NCBI GenBank assembly: GCA_016748015.1
Contig: JAAOMT010000082.1
Coordinates: forward strand, 154,314-218,313
Direction of reading: 5' to 3'
Length of the DNA: 64,000 bases
From: Geosiphon pyriformis uo1
Taxonomy: Eukaryota > Fungi > Glomeromycota
The notes beneath the pieces are model-generated. The model was not told the DNA's origin. It did not search any database and saw nothing but the letters and a program-made list of their open reading frames with translations. The translations under genes were made by a program, and so were the position numbers. Shown in pieces: positions 11,450 through 24,400 of this stretch (the first letter of the stretch is position 1; every line of letters begins with the position of its first letter).

Positions 11450-14400
11450 ATGGGTAATTATTTATACTTGTCACAACAATCAGAAGAACACTTCAAAGCA
11501 CACAATAAAAATGATTTAGACTTTATTGAACTCAATTTTTTGCTCTCCTGCTTGATTTGTTTCCTCATTGAAAAACAATCCAGCAGACAATTCCAAGACT
11601 TTTGGAACTGATTCCTGAACAAGCATTCAGCTAAAACTTACACATATACAACCTATTACTTTGACCAAGCTTATTTTAAAGACAACTTTAAAGAAAGAAA
11701 CAACAGTATCAATCAGCTCTTATATTCTACAATCTTTGAACAACAGCCCCCTGATTTCGAATATCTGAATCATCAAATCTATATTTGGATTGCTGCTCAT
11801 CAATCAACTGAAACTCCTCTTGAAACAGAAAAAGAAAGCTATCAAACCACTTTTGTTTTTGATTTCTTCTTAAGTGAATTAGAACATTCCACACAAACAG
11901 CTACTTCTGAACCAATGGCTTAAAACTCTATGCAACAAAACATTCTGATTGCTCTTCAAGGCATACAGACTGCTTTAGGATGAAAAAACAACACCCTATT
12001 ACCATTATTCAGAGATAATGCCCAAAATCCAATTGAATGATTGGATAACTTTGAAAGAGCTGCCACAGCCAACCAATACAATAATGAATACAAGTTTCAA
12101 ATTGTTGGTGGCTATCTTCAAGGCTCTTCTGCTACTTGGTTCTTACAAAAAACTGATGCTAGTGCTTAACAAAAAATTATTAGATGAACATCAACAAATA
12201 CTGGAGAAGAAAACACTTCTTTTACAACCTGGTTTGAAACTAAATTTAGAACTCCTATCTTAATCTCAAAATGGCATATGGAATTAGAAAAAAAAACCCA
12301 AGGTCCTAGTGAGGTTGTGACAGAATATGCCAAAGCAATAAAAAAACTTATTAAATGGATAGACTCTGAAAAAAATTAGACAGAAGAGCAGAAAATACAC
12401 TCCTTCACAAAAGGACTGAAAACTGATCTATTATATGCTCTTTGGCCTTTCCTGGCCTTGAAAAATAATCCCACAATGGATATGACCATTGAACTTGCCC
12501 AGAGAATAAAAGATAACCAAAGGATTCATTTGGAATCCACTCTTCTAGCTTTTGCCACTGTTCCTGTTATGGCTCCTGCTCCACAAATGGCTGTCACCTC
12601 TTTTACTGCCCAAACTCAAGACTCAAATAAACAATTAATAGATAGGCTTACAGCAAATCTTGCCTGGCTATTAGAATCTTTGGCCCAAACAGTTAGAGAC
12701 AATCAACAATCCCAAAGACCCAGATTTGAACCCCGTTTTAATCAGCCCCAACAACTCTCTTATCAAAAACAACAAAATCATGGTCTACCTGTGTGTTATT
12801 GCTGTGGATTAACTGGACATATTTCTAAAGATTGCAATAATCCTTTTTTGTTCTCTCCAGTTTCTAGAAACAATAACAATCAAAACAACAGAATCATTAA
12901 CAACAATGCTTTCAATTAAAGATCCAATCATGTTAACATCAATTTTTTTAAAGAGGATTCCCTAATTGAAGCCACTGTTTATTAGCCTTTAAACTGATAG
13001 GCACACTTCCAAAGAGTAAGAGTGCAAGCCAACCAGAAGAAAACCTCTTTTATGCTCTTAACCTAACTAATGATGACCATGACATGGATAAACTGACAAT
13101 CAACACCTCTGACTCAACAAAAAAGAAAAAGAAAGCCAAGGTTGATTTTGTTTTAGATTCTAACAAAGCTTCAACTTCTACTACTGATAACAATAAGCCA
13201 CCAAAAGCCAAAGTTTTTAAAAATCCTCCAAAGCTGGAATCTCCAGAAATTGTATAAAAATCTGGATCATACTCTGTTGTAAAAAATCTTATGGAAACCC
13301 CAGCACATATTACTTTTGGCCAGTTAATGACCCATTCACAGTTTAGAAAAAATTTTTGCAAATCATTAATCCCAAAGAAAAAGACACCAAAAACCAACAA
13401 ACGTCCATGCCAAGCTGGACTTGCTGACAACAGTAATGTTACTCCTCTCATCTGTAAAGCCCAAGTGGCTGGTTACTTCATTGATTTGATCCTGAACAGT
13501 AGATTATTTGTTAGCATCATTGCCAAACACTTCTTAGAAGCAATTGGCAGAAAGATTGATAAACCATCCACACAACCAATGACCAACATATATGATAACA
13601 AGAAAAAAGATCTGGGCATAGCCAAAGCTGTTCCTGTCCAAATCAATGACATCAGCATTGAAACTAACATAGAAGTATCTGAAGCAAAAGAATACACCAT
13701 AATAGTTAACAATGAATGGCTCAAGAAAGCAAAAGCTTTGCTTAATTATAAACTCTGTGAACTGACCATCAGATGTAATGAGAAACCTATTGTAGTTAAG
13801 TATCGCCATTGGACAACTCCTTCAGCACCCAAACAAAGCCAAGAAAAAAAACAATCAAATAAATCAGATGATAATGAGAGTGATGATAAAAAAAATCAAG
13901 AAGAACAAAAAAAAACTGCTGAACTCACCTATATCATCTTTACCAGCAATGGCAAGCCACTGGACAATGTTAAAGCTGATAAAGAAAAAATCATAGTAAA
14001 TGGCAAGCTAATCTGCTGGTTCTACTATGATATCCTTAAAAAAATCTTTGACAGAAAACCTGGCAAGAAAGCTAAATACAGTTATTGGTGGCATGGTCCT
14101 TGTGCATATGCTGGTGTAACAAACCTTTGTATTCACCAAGTAATGAATGCAAATTTTGTCTAATTTATTACAAAAATTGAGAACCAATTAGCTTAATATT
14201 TCAAAAAAAACTTAAAGAAGTACAGAAGTCCTTTGAAAATGAACCATCTAAGATCCAATTAATTACAGTAAAACAAAGAGAACCCTTTCCAAAAAAAAGA
14301 AAGATAGACATTGAAAATCTGTTGGCTAGAAATAGCCCAGTTATTTTAAAAGAAGGTAATACTCCTGAATGAACCCATGTAATACAATACACCATCACCA

Positions 14401-14915
14401 TCAAAAAAACTCACTCCATCTATTTGAAGCCTTATTAATCTAATTAATACAATGATGAATTTATCAAGAAAGAGATAAGCCAGATGAAAGATCTTGAATT
14501 CATACAAGAAACCAAGAGTGAATAGGCTTTTCCAGTTGTAGTAGTATTCAAGAAAAGTAGAATCTTATGCTTTTGTATTGACTACTACCAATTAAATGCC
14601 ATCACTATAAGAGATATGTATTCACTTCCCAAAATTAATGCAATGCTAGATAAATTCAATGGTGCTGCTTTTTTCTCAACCATTGACTTAACTGCTGGAT
14701 TCAGACAAGTAGAAATGAATTCAGAAAGCAGAAAGAAAATGGTCTTTATTATCAAGTATAGCACTTATGAATTCACTGTTATGCCTTTTGGCCTCACCAA
14801 TGCTCCTCCTACCTTTTAACATCTAATGGACAAAGTGTTTAAATCAGTGAAAGAAAACTTTGTTCTAGTTTATTTGAACAATATAATGATATACTCAAAA
14901 ACCTGAGATGAACAC
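11450..14915 (+). pseudogene. gag-pol: Element B gag-protease-RT (5' part), disrupted
   Basis: Capsid-like (NFERAATANQY..); knuckle CYCCGLTGHISKDC; protease LILNSRLFVSII; RT FSTIDLTAGF..VMPFGLTNAP..YLNN; no dUTPase. Start approximate. Confidence 0.85.
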
Positions 14916-15711
14916 TATTATAGATGATTATTTGGAGTCTTAAATCAAATAACAAATCTGTAACTTGGTGCTTTAGTATTTTGATGACATAAGTAATATT
15001 GGTATGTCATTGTTATCTAAAGGTTTGGTTGATCTGAAAATTTTATGGTTGAGTTCTTTGTATAATGGACAGAGATTCAATAGTGGTTTTCAGTAGCCTC
15101 CTGGAATCACAATTCCATTAAATTTCTTTCTTAGTGTGGTGGCTGGTAATCCTTCTAATAAGTTATCCTCAATTCTATAAGTGTTTTACCCTTGTTTCAC
15201 AGGTCTTTTACCAGTTCCTATAACATTTTTTAATTCAACACTTTTAATTTTTAATTAGTTTAGTAAACAACAATAAAATCAAAGAAAATAAAAAAAATGA
15301 AGAGAAATAAGTCAATGCAATTGCAAGTTAGTATCCCATCAATAGTTATGATCAAGAGCTATTGTTCCAGCATGGTCAAGTATCAATTACTATCAACATG
15401 AAGTATTGATAGTGGAGAGTAGAATTGAGATAACAAATAGTTATTTATTGATATTTGTGATGGAAAAGGTTGTTTAGATTAAATCTAAATGGAGAGGTCT
15501 GTCTTTTCTACTTTTACCACTACCACTATATATACATAATTAATGTTCTACAAGATTGCTTATATTCTTGAGTGATGTGCTATGATTTCTTGAGCAATGT
15601 GGTGTGATTTCTGATATTGCTCCACATTGCTGAGCAATGTGCTTATGTGCTGACTACTATTCTTTTATTGGTCTACTATTTTTTATATCTGTTTTTTCTT
15701 TATGAGTAACA
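14916..15711 (-). repeat. 3' LTR of element C
   Basis: Direct repeat of 34211-34970; begins TGTTACTCATA on the minus strand after PPT AAAAAGGAGGAGATAA. Confidence 0.92.
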
Positions 15712-15725
15712 TTATCTCCTCCTTT

Positions 15726-16353
15726 TTAATATTGAGCTCCATCAAAATTCTCATTTTGAATTATGTTAAATACTTCTTTTTTAAGTAGCATTTGTTCCAT
15801 CTTATTCCTTATTTCTTCAATTTATGCATTGTTTATTCTTTCCTATTGGTTAATAATTATAGTTTCCATGTCTAAATATAACAGTATTTCTGAATAGTTC
15901 CGAAATATGTTGTGCAATTGGTAAATTGTTCTAACATGTAGTGTTGAATTTGTTTTTTTTTAATAAATTCTTTAATTTGTTGTATTATGTCTTGATTGAA
16001 TATTCTCTTGATTTGTTAATATACAACTCCTAAATATTCAACTTTTGACCTAACTAATAGTAACAATATAGTATTGAAAGTTGTTTTGTTCATAACTTCC
16101 AATTCTCTTTTGTAAGCTCTTCTGTTGGTGCCATAATAAATATTTTTCCAAAAGTGTTCTTTACTTTTTCTATTAAGTTATTTGATCAATTTTTATCATT
16201 CTTTGATGACTGCTGATATAGTGTATTCTTTGTCTTTCTTTTGGTGTTTTGATAGCAAATTGTTTGGTTTTTAATAACAATTTCTATGTCTAACTGTTGT
16301 TGACTTAAGGCCTGAAACAATTGTTGAGCTATAGTATGAATATGATCTGGTAT
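15726..16353 (-). pseudogene. Element C ORF3, disrupted
   Basis: PDHIHTIAQQLFQALSQQQLDIEIVIKNQTI...ENFDGAQY*, homologous to ORF3 of A and D. Confidence 0.7.
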
Positions 16354-16419
16354 TTTCTTTTTTTTTAGTTGCTTTTGTTATATGTACTGTGTCTTTATAT
16401 ATTCTTTTATTGTTCAATT

Positions 16420-17786
16420 TTATGTGTTTGGTCTAATGATTATAATTGGTTCCAAATCTTGTGAAATTTCATCTAATTGGACTAGTATTTGTTATACTCT
16501 CAGTTGTAGAATGTTATTGGTGGATGATACTATCTGGTGATATGGTTTTAGTTAATCACCATGTGCTATTTTGGCTAAGATTTTGTTGTTCCATCTTAAT
16601 TTATAAGCTCTATTTCCTAGAATTTCTTCTATGTGAAATGGTCTATCTTATTTGGGGTCAAATTTTCTACTCCATTGTTTTTTCACTTTGGTACAATATA
16701 AAAATACTTTGTTTTCAATCTTGAATTCAACTGGTTTATCTGATAGTTGGTTATTATGTTGTTTTTTTTGATTTTTTTGAGAGTTTTGGATGTTATCAGC
16801 TGCTTTTTGTCATCTGTTTTCTAATGTTTCTATTAAGTTATATGTTTTTTTCAACAATGTTTCTTGAAAATTATCTTCTGTTATTGGTTCAGTTGGATAT
16901 ATATTAACCTCTATTTCAACTGGTAGTGTTTCTGTTCTACCATATACTAATTCAAATGGTGTTGCTTGTGTAGTATCTTGCTTCATTGTCTGATAAGCAA
17001 ATAATACTGATAATATAAACAAATCCCATTCTTTTTGATTTTCTTGGCTGATTTTGGCAATTGCTTTACACAATGTTCTATTGAATCTTTCAACTAAACC
17101 ATTTGTTTATGGATGGTATGGTGATGATAATGGTCTCTTTATTCCAAATCTTTGACTTAACTCAGCTAATGTTCTATTTACAAAGTGTGTTCTCTGATCT
17201 GATAGTAATTCTTTTGAATATCCATGTTGACAAATTAGATCTTGGTGAACAAATTCAGCAACAGATTTTGCATCTGCTCTTTGAATGGCTTTTGCTTCTG
17301 GCCATTTAGTAAGATAATCCATGGCTACTGCAATATATCTGTTGTCTTTGCTAATGATTATTAATGATCTGACTAAGTCAATTCCAATATAATTGAATGG
17401 TTGTTTTACTTTGATTGGTCTTAATGATTCACTTAGTCTTAATTCTTTTCTTTTTTGACAAGCATCACAATTTTGAATATATTGGATGATGTCTGAATAT
17501 ATTGATGGCCAATAATATCTTTTTCTTCTATGGTTGCTTCTTTATGAAAATGTCCTGCTGTTAGATCAAAGTGTATGTTGAACAGTATTGTCTCTTTTTC
17601 TGACTTTGTAATTACTCTGGTTGGTTGATCTGGATCTTGTCTATTCTTCCAGTAAAGTATATTTTGATGGTTGATAAAATATTTTGATTGTTGTTTAATC
17701 TGATTTTGTTCCTTTTGAGATAATTTCTCCTTGAACTGTTGAGTATTTATATAATGTTGGAGTTGTTGGTATTTTTGTGTATTCAT
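16420..17786 (-). pseudogene. Element C integrase, separate ORF, disrupted
   Basis: MNTQKYQQLQHY..; DYLTKWPEAKA..LSDQ..SSPYHP; near-identical to the integrases of A and D. Confidence 0.9.
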
Positions 17787-17852
17787 CTTTTGTTATATTT
17801 TTGTGTTCAGTTGTTTGGATTTTGTTATATATTTTTTTTTATTGAAATGTTC

Positions 17853-20510
17853 TTAGATTTGTCTCATTCATAACAAACTGTCAACATTTCTATTGTCTTT
17901 TTCTTTTTTATAGTGTACTATAAAATTATATAATGAAAGTGCTATTTTCTATCTTGCATGTTAATTATCTTCAAATTTCTGTTTTTGGATTGAAGTCAGT
18001 CCTTTGTGATCTGTGTATACTTCAAATTTCTGACTTAAGTATTCTTTCTATTTTATAACTGCCCAATAGATTGCTAAATATTCTAATACTGGTGTTCTAT
18101 ACTTTTTCTCGGCTGGAGTTAAACCTTGGCTGGCATATGCCACTGAATGTTCACTTCCATTCAGTCTTTTCTGTGATAATACTGCTTCCAATGCTTGACC
18201 TGATGCATCTGTTGTAATGATGAATGGCTTATTGTGATCTGAATAGATCAGTATTGGAGCTTGAATAAGCTTTCTTCTTAAAATATCAAAAGCTTCTTGT
18301 TGAGTTTCTGTCCATTTGTATTTTATATTCTTGGTTTGAAGATAGTTGAGTGGCCAAGCTATTTTAGAAAAGTCTTTGATGAAGTAGCAATAATAGCCTG
18401 TAAATCTTAAGAATAATTTCAATTCAGTCAAGTTGGTTAGTACTGGAAATTTCTTTATTATCTCTATTTTGTCTGAATCCATTTTGATTCTATTTTTGCT
18501 CACTATATGTTCCAAGAATTTTAATTTTGTTTTGCTAAAGAAACATTTGGTAGCATTTAACTTTAACCCTGCTTGTCATAATTGTTCAAACACTTGTTAA
18601 AGATGATGAAAATGATTATTAAATGTTCATGAAAATATATTGGTGTTGTCTAAGTATATGATTACAGATTTCCATAATAAGCTGGTATATATGATTTCCA
18701 TTAGTCATTGAAATATGGCTGGAGCATTCATCAAGTCAAATAGCATGACTTCAAATTCAAAATTTCTTTTTTAAGTTGTAAAAGCTGTTTTCTTCTTGTC
18801 TTCTGGTTTCATGACCACTTGTCAGTAACTACTGTCTAAGTCTAAAGTTGAGAATCATTTCTTTTCTCCAAATGCATCAAACAGTTTTTGGATCTTTGAA
18901 GTTGGATGACTATCTTCTTTTGTTATTCCATTCAGTTTCTAGTAATCTATGCAAAAGCAAATTTTCCCATTCTTCTTATGGACTAGTACTACTGGTGACA
19001 ATTATGGACTCATTGATGATTCAATTAACCTATTGTCAAGCATTTGATTGATTTCTTGACGAATGATCTTATGGCTGGCTAGTGGTATTTTGTATGCTCT
19101 CTGTTTAATTGATATTACATCTCTCATCTTGATTTGATGCTGGATTATGTCAGTTCTACCAAATTCATTCTCACTGGCAAAGATATCATTGAAATTGTTG
19201 AGTAATATCTTAAGCTGCATACATTGAAGTGGGTCTAAGTTTCTTATGTTTATCTGTTCCAATTGTTTTGGTTGGAGTAAATAACATTCTTTTTGTCCAT
19301 ATATTGTTTGTGATGTGATATTCACATATTCACAAAGCTGTGGAAAGTCTGAATGGGGTTTGGTAGTTGGTTTTCTATTTCTGTGCTTAGATATTCAATG
19401 ATGGTTTCTTCTAGTATTTCTACAATATTTTCAGTGTTGTTGTAGATGAAAATTTTGATGTAATTATGGTTTTTGGCTGGTATGTGGAGACTGATGTGTC
19501 CAATCTTTTTTGATTCACAAATGGCTAATTCAGCTTCAAAAATCTGCACTTGATCTTTTACTTTCCTATCTATAGTGTACATGTACTGGTCATATGGTAA
19601 AATAAAAATTGATTGACGAATTAAGATAATTTTTCTTTTGTCAGCAATTTTTTCCTCTGCCATATTAACTGGTACATCTATTCTACTCATTGATCTGAAT
19701 CCCTGTATTTCTCTTGCTGTTATCCCTAACTCTTCTCTATTTTCCACTAAAACTAACTGAGCTATTTTTACCAGAGACAGAAATATTGTCTATACTATCT
19801 TTTCATTTGGCTCTATGATATAGATCTTTTCTAAGTTGTTTTGTAGCATAGCAATAATATTTCTTACATATCTTGTGTTAATTATTCCTCCTCTAATGTT
19901 GATCTCTCTTTTTGCTAAACTACTCCTAGATGCTAACTGAACCATGGTTGTTGCTGGAATTTCTAGTGCTATTTTGAGATCAATACATGTGCACAAATTT
20001 GGTTCCAATTTGATGACTTCTTTTTTTGGATATCTTAGATCAAACTCTGTATCAGTATTATGTACACATTCTGACATGATACCTTCATTGTTATCACTGA
20101 ACCATTTTAGTTCCTGCTTCTTGATAAGATCAGGGAGTACAATATATTGTTCAGAGTTTGAATCTGAATTTGAATTGTCACTATTTTGATTGCCATATTG
20201 AACAGAGCTGGAACTGTTGTTTTTGTTGTCATTATTGTCAGAGTTTGAATCAAGATTGAAATTTAATTCCAATTTCAATACGCAATTGCTGATTGGTTCT
20301 TTTTTCTCTGGGATTGTGTAGATCATACATGGTAGTAGATTGTAAATAAGATCACACTTATTACAATATTGAAAGTCACATGAGATCAAACAGTGTTGAC
20401 ACAGTCATGTGTTTAATTGTTCTAAGCATTGCTTTTGTTCTTTTCTTGTGGGTGCTAATCACTGATAGTGTTCATGAAATTCTTTTGGGTCATCCTCAAT
20501 GTTGCTAAAG
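17853..20510 (-). pseudogene. pol: Element C pol 3' part (second Cys cluster, dUTPase, RT, RNase H)
   Basis: ORF fragments 19790-20389 (EFDLRY..SRSSLAK..RGGIINTRY), 19002-19747 and 18048-18515 (TTDASG..VAYAS). Confidence 0.9.
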
Positions 20511-20514
20511 ACAT

Positions 20515-21395
20515 TGTTACTTATAGAAATATAGGGAATATATATTAGCATAGTTATTAACCAATCAGAAATAGATGTAGTAAAATATGGAATTCCAGGA
20601 TTCTTCTCAGAAATTGCAGGATTCCAGAAATTACAGGATTCTCACAAGGAATTGCAGAATTGCAGAATTCCAGGATTCCTCTTAAAGGAATTGCAGGATT
20701 CCAAGAATTCCAGGATTCTTGTTGTAAAGAATTGAAGAATTGAGGAATCTCAATTATGTATATATAGCAGTAAGATTAAAAGCTAAAAACAGAGACATCC
20801 AATTTAGATTTAATCTAAGCAACCCTCCACATCACAAATATCAATAAATAACTATTTCCATACCTCAATTTATTTTTCACTATCAACTTTATGTTGATAG
20901 TAACAAATACTTAACCACACTGGAACAATAGCTCTTGATTATGGCTATTAATGAGATACTAATCAAAATTGCCTTGGCTCATTTCTTTATTTTATTTCTG
21001 TTTTCTTTATTTCTTTTCTTTATTTTATTTTTCTTTGTGGGTATATACTAATTGATTAAAAGATTAAGCACTGAGTTATTGACATCAAGGATAGCCTGGT
21101 AAAAAACCCAGAAATAAGGATAGGATTTTATATATTATCGGATAACTTATCAGAAGGGCACGACTGCCAAACTAAATCTGGTCACCATGCTGAGAAAAAA
21201 ATTGGAAAAACTCTTGAAAAAATACATCTACTATCGACACTATTGAATCTCTGTTCATTATACAAAAGACTCAACCAAAACCTTCAAACTATGTAAAAAC
21301 CATCAGAATTACCAATATCTGCATCAAGATAGCTTTTGAGCACCAAGTTATGGGTTTGTTATTTAATTTAACAGCAGAAATAATCATCTGTAACA
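20515..21395 (+). repeat. 5' LTR of element D
   Basis: TGTTAC...TGTAACA; direct repeat of 29825-30667; closely related to the LTRs of A. Confidence 0.95.
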
Positions 21396-21454
21396 TTTGG
21401 TGCTCCCTGTGAAGTATAATCTTACAGAAAACCAGTACCAACAACTAATCAACA

Positions 21455-24400
21455 ATGGCAGAATCAGAAATTATAGGAGCAAACCATTTAGGATTCACGA
21501 AATCCTTGTTCCAACAATACAGCCAACAATTAAGATTAAACAGTAATCATTACCCAGCCGAATCAGCTTTCAACTTCTATATTAATAACAAAATCACTGA
21601 ATGCTTAGGAGGAACAGTTAACATTGAAGCAGCAAGAGAAAACTTTTACACAGAATTATTTCAATACACCAACTTACCAAAGAACTATAATTTCACACCA
21701 ATAATTAGAGAAATCAACCAAACTATTGAAAGGTACACTCAATAACAATTTTCCATTACCTATGCAGACAAGGGTAAAAGAAGAATACAAACACCAGCAG
21801 CAACACCAAAAAGAATATAGTTACCTAGTTGGAAGAAACACAAAATAGAATCACCAACTGCTCTATCATATCACTATACACCCAGAAGCACCATCAACAT
21901 TTCATCAGATGCGTTTACATCAAATGTGACATCAACATTTGGAAGATTGCAGTTCCAAAGCAAACAATTAAAAGAAGACTTACTAAGACCATATGGTGCA
22001 TATTTTAAAGGATTTAAATCACGATCCCCAATGCCATCAGGAATTCAATCACTGCTACCACAACCAGATTTTGAAACCACTACTCTGTGGGAATTATCAG
22101 AGAAAAAAGAAAAAAGAAGTGAAAATCAAGAATTTACTTACCAAAACCCGATTTCAGAAAACTCGAAATTTGGAACCCCGAATGTTCAAACTCCATGAAA
22201 CCCAAGTTTAGAAAATCCAGAAATTGAAACTCCTAATATTCAAGCACCACTGAATTAAAACAATCCAAATCCTGAAATCATTAATCAGCACTTATTTCCA
22301 AATATTGTCATCAATCATTCACCAATTGATTTGATAGTCAAATCTATTCAGCAGCCACCTCAACAACCAAATTCACAAAATCAACAACCGTTTCAACAGC
22401 CACCACAACCACCCAACTTAGATCCAATGGTCTATGCACCAATTGCAAAACTGGATAATTTTACTGGCAAAGAAGATGACGCTCAAATATGGCTGAATGA
22501 TGTGGAAAAAGCCATCGCAGCCAATGGATGAAATAACAACTGAGCAATGCAAGCCATTCCCTATTTTCTCAAAGATACCACCAATTCATGGTATCAGAGT
22601 TTGATCAATAAACCACAAGATTTCAATGCCTTCAAAGTAGAATTTTTAAAATACTTCAGCAATAATAACAGTATCAACCGTCTAGTTAATGCATTCACCA
22701 TTATAAAGCAAGGAGAAACTGAAGCAGTCACCACTTACCTGGGATGCTTCCATAGAAATCTGTGCCAAATTCAGGCAATTGATGCCAACTATTTCACAGC
22801 ATCACAGATTCTCAACCAGTTTATCTGTAGCCTGTACAGCAGCATCTTGCAACATGTACACTTGTTGCATCCAGGCAATCTACAAAATGCAGTCATACGT
22901 GCCAGAGATTTCGAATCAGCTGAGTCTGAGACCAACCATGTCCAAGCCATTAATCTAGTGATAAACGGATCATCTGAATTGAACTCCAAATTAAAACAAT
23001 TCAGTGATTCAATTAATCAGAAATTAGAAGGATACTTAGCTGATAATTGTGCAATTTATCAACCACCTCAATGATACAGCAATCCAGGAAACTACAATTG
23101 TTTCCAAAATCAAGCGCACCTCTCAACATCAGCCAATTAGCAGTGACAGCCAGAAACACATATCTGCCACTATTGTGGTAAACAAGAACATATTCAAATT
23201 GACTGCTGTCAGTGTTTAAATAACTAACAATTGGGAAATTAATATCGAAACCCCGATCACTGGTTCTAAGTTCCGAGTTCCCAACAAAATTAAGAACAAT
23301 ACCAATACTTATCTTATTATGCACCAATGATACAGCAATTAATTTATTAACCACCAGTATATTAAGCTCCAATTTATTAACCAATAGCCCCAATTTATTA
23401 GCCATAGCCACAGGTAATATATCAACCGCAGCTGCCAACAATCTATTAACTTCAAACGATTCAGACACTGCCATGAAACTTACCTGCCAGTGGAGTCCAA
23501 AGACCGAAAATCATGCAGCAAAACTGGAGATTGGTGATGATAGTCTATTAGCCAATCCCCAGCTCTTCCAGTTAACAAACAGGATCTTGTCAATGGAATT
23601 CAGGCACCAGTTATCCCCAAAACCTGAATTCCCAGGACTATTTAAGTCTCCTAGTTACCCCAGAAGACACCTCACCCAGCAATCAAGATCCCATCCAAAA
23701 ACAACAAACACTTACCAGCAATATTCTACCAGCAACAGTCACCAACGACAAATCACTAGCTGTCATCTTCCCATTAGAGATCAAAGAACCATCAAATACC
23801 CCATTATTTAGTGGAGCCACTCTTGATGAAAAACCCATCACTGTGATATACACAAATGCTAAAGTTGATGGTCAATCCATCAAATTAATCCTTGACAGTG
23901 GTTCAGCAGACAGTATTATCACACGACAACTCATGGACCAATTAGGTCACCGAGTTGATCGAACTGCTAGTGCCTGAATCATTACAGCCAATGGAACAAC
24001 CAAAACACCTATTGGCAAAATTGATGCCTTCCCAATCAAAGTCAATGGCATCACAGTGCCAATCAAAGTCTTGGTAATGGAAGCTACACAGTACCAAGGC
24101 TTAGTGGGCAATGACTGGTTGTCCAAAACCAAGACTGTTTTAGACTGGACAACGCAGGAGCTTCAGCTGACGTTTAATAACCAATACACATGTGTGCCAG
24201 CCACGTGTGGCTATTTCAAGACTCCTTCAGAAGAGGAACCATTGATCGAGCTGGAAGAAGAAGAAAAAAAACCGATCTGGGAAGCTTACTAAGTCTTATG
24301 GACTGACAATGATCACAATGAATTGCCACTCATACTCTTATGGAATGACAAAAGAAAAAAAAAAGAAGAAGAAAAACTTACTTGGAGAACAAACCAGGGA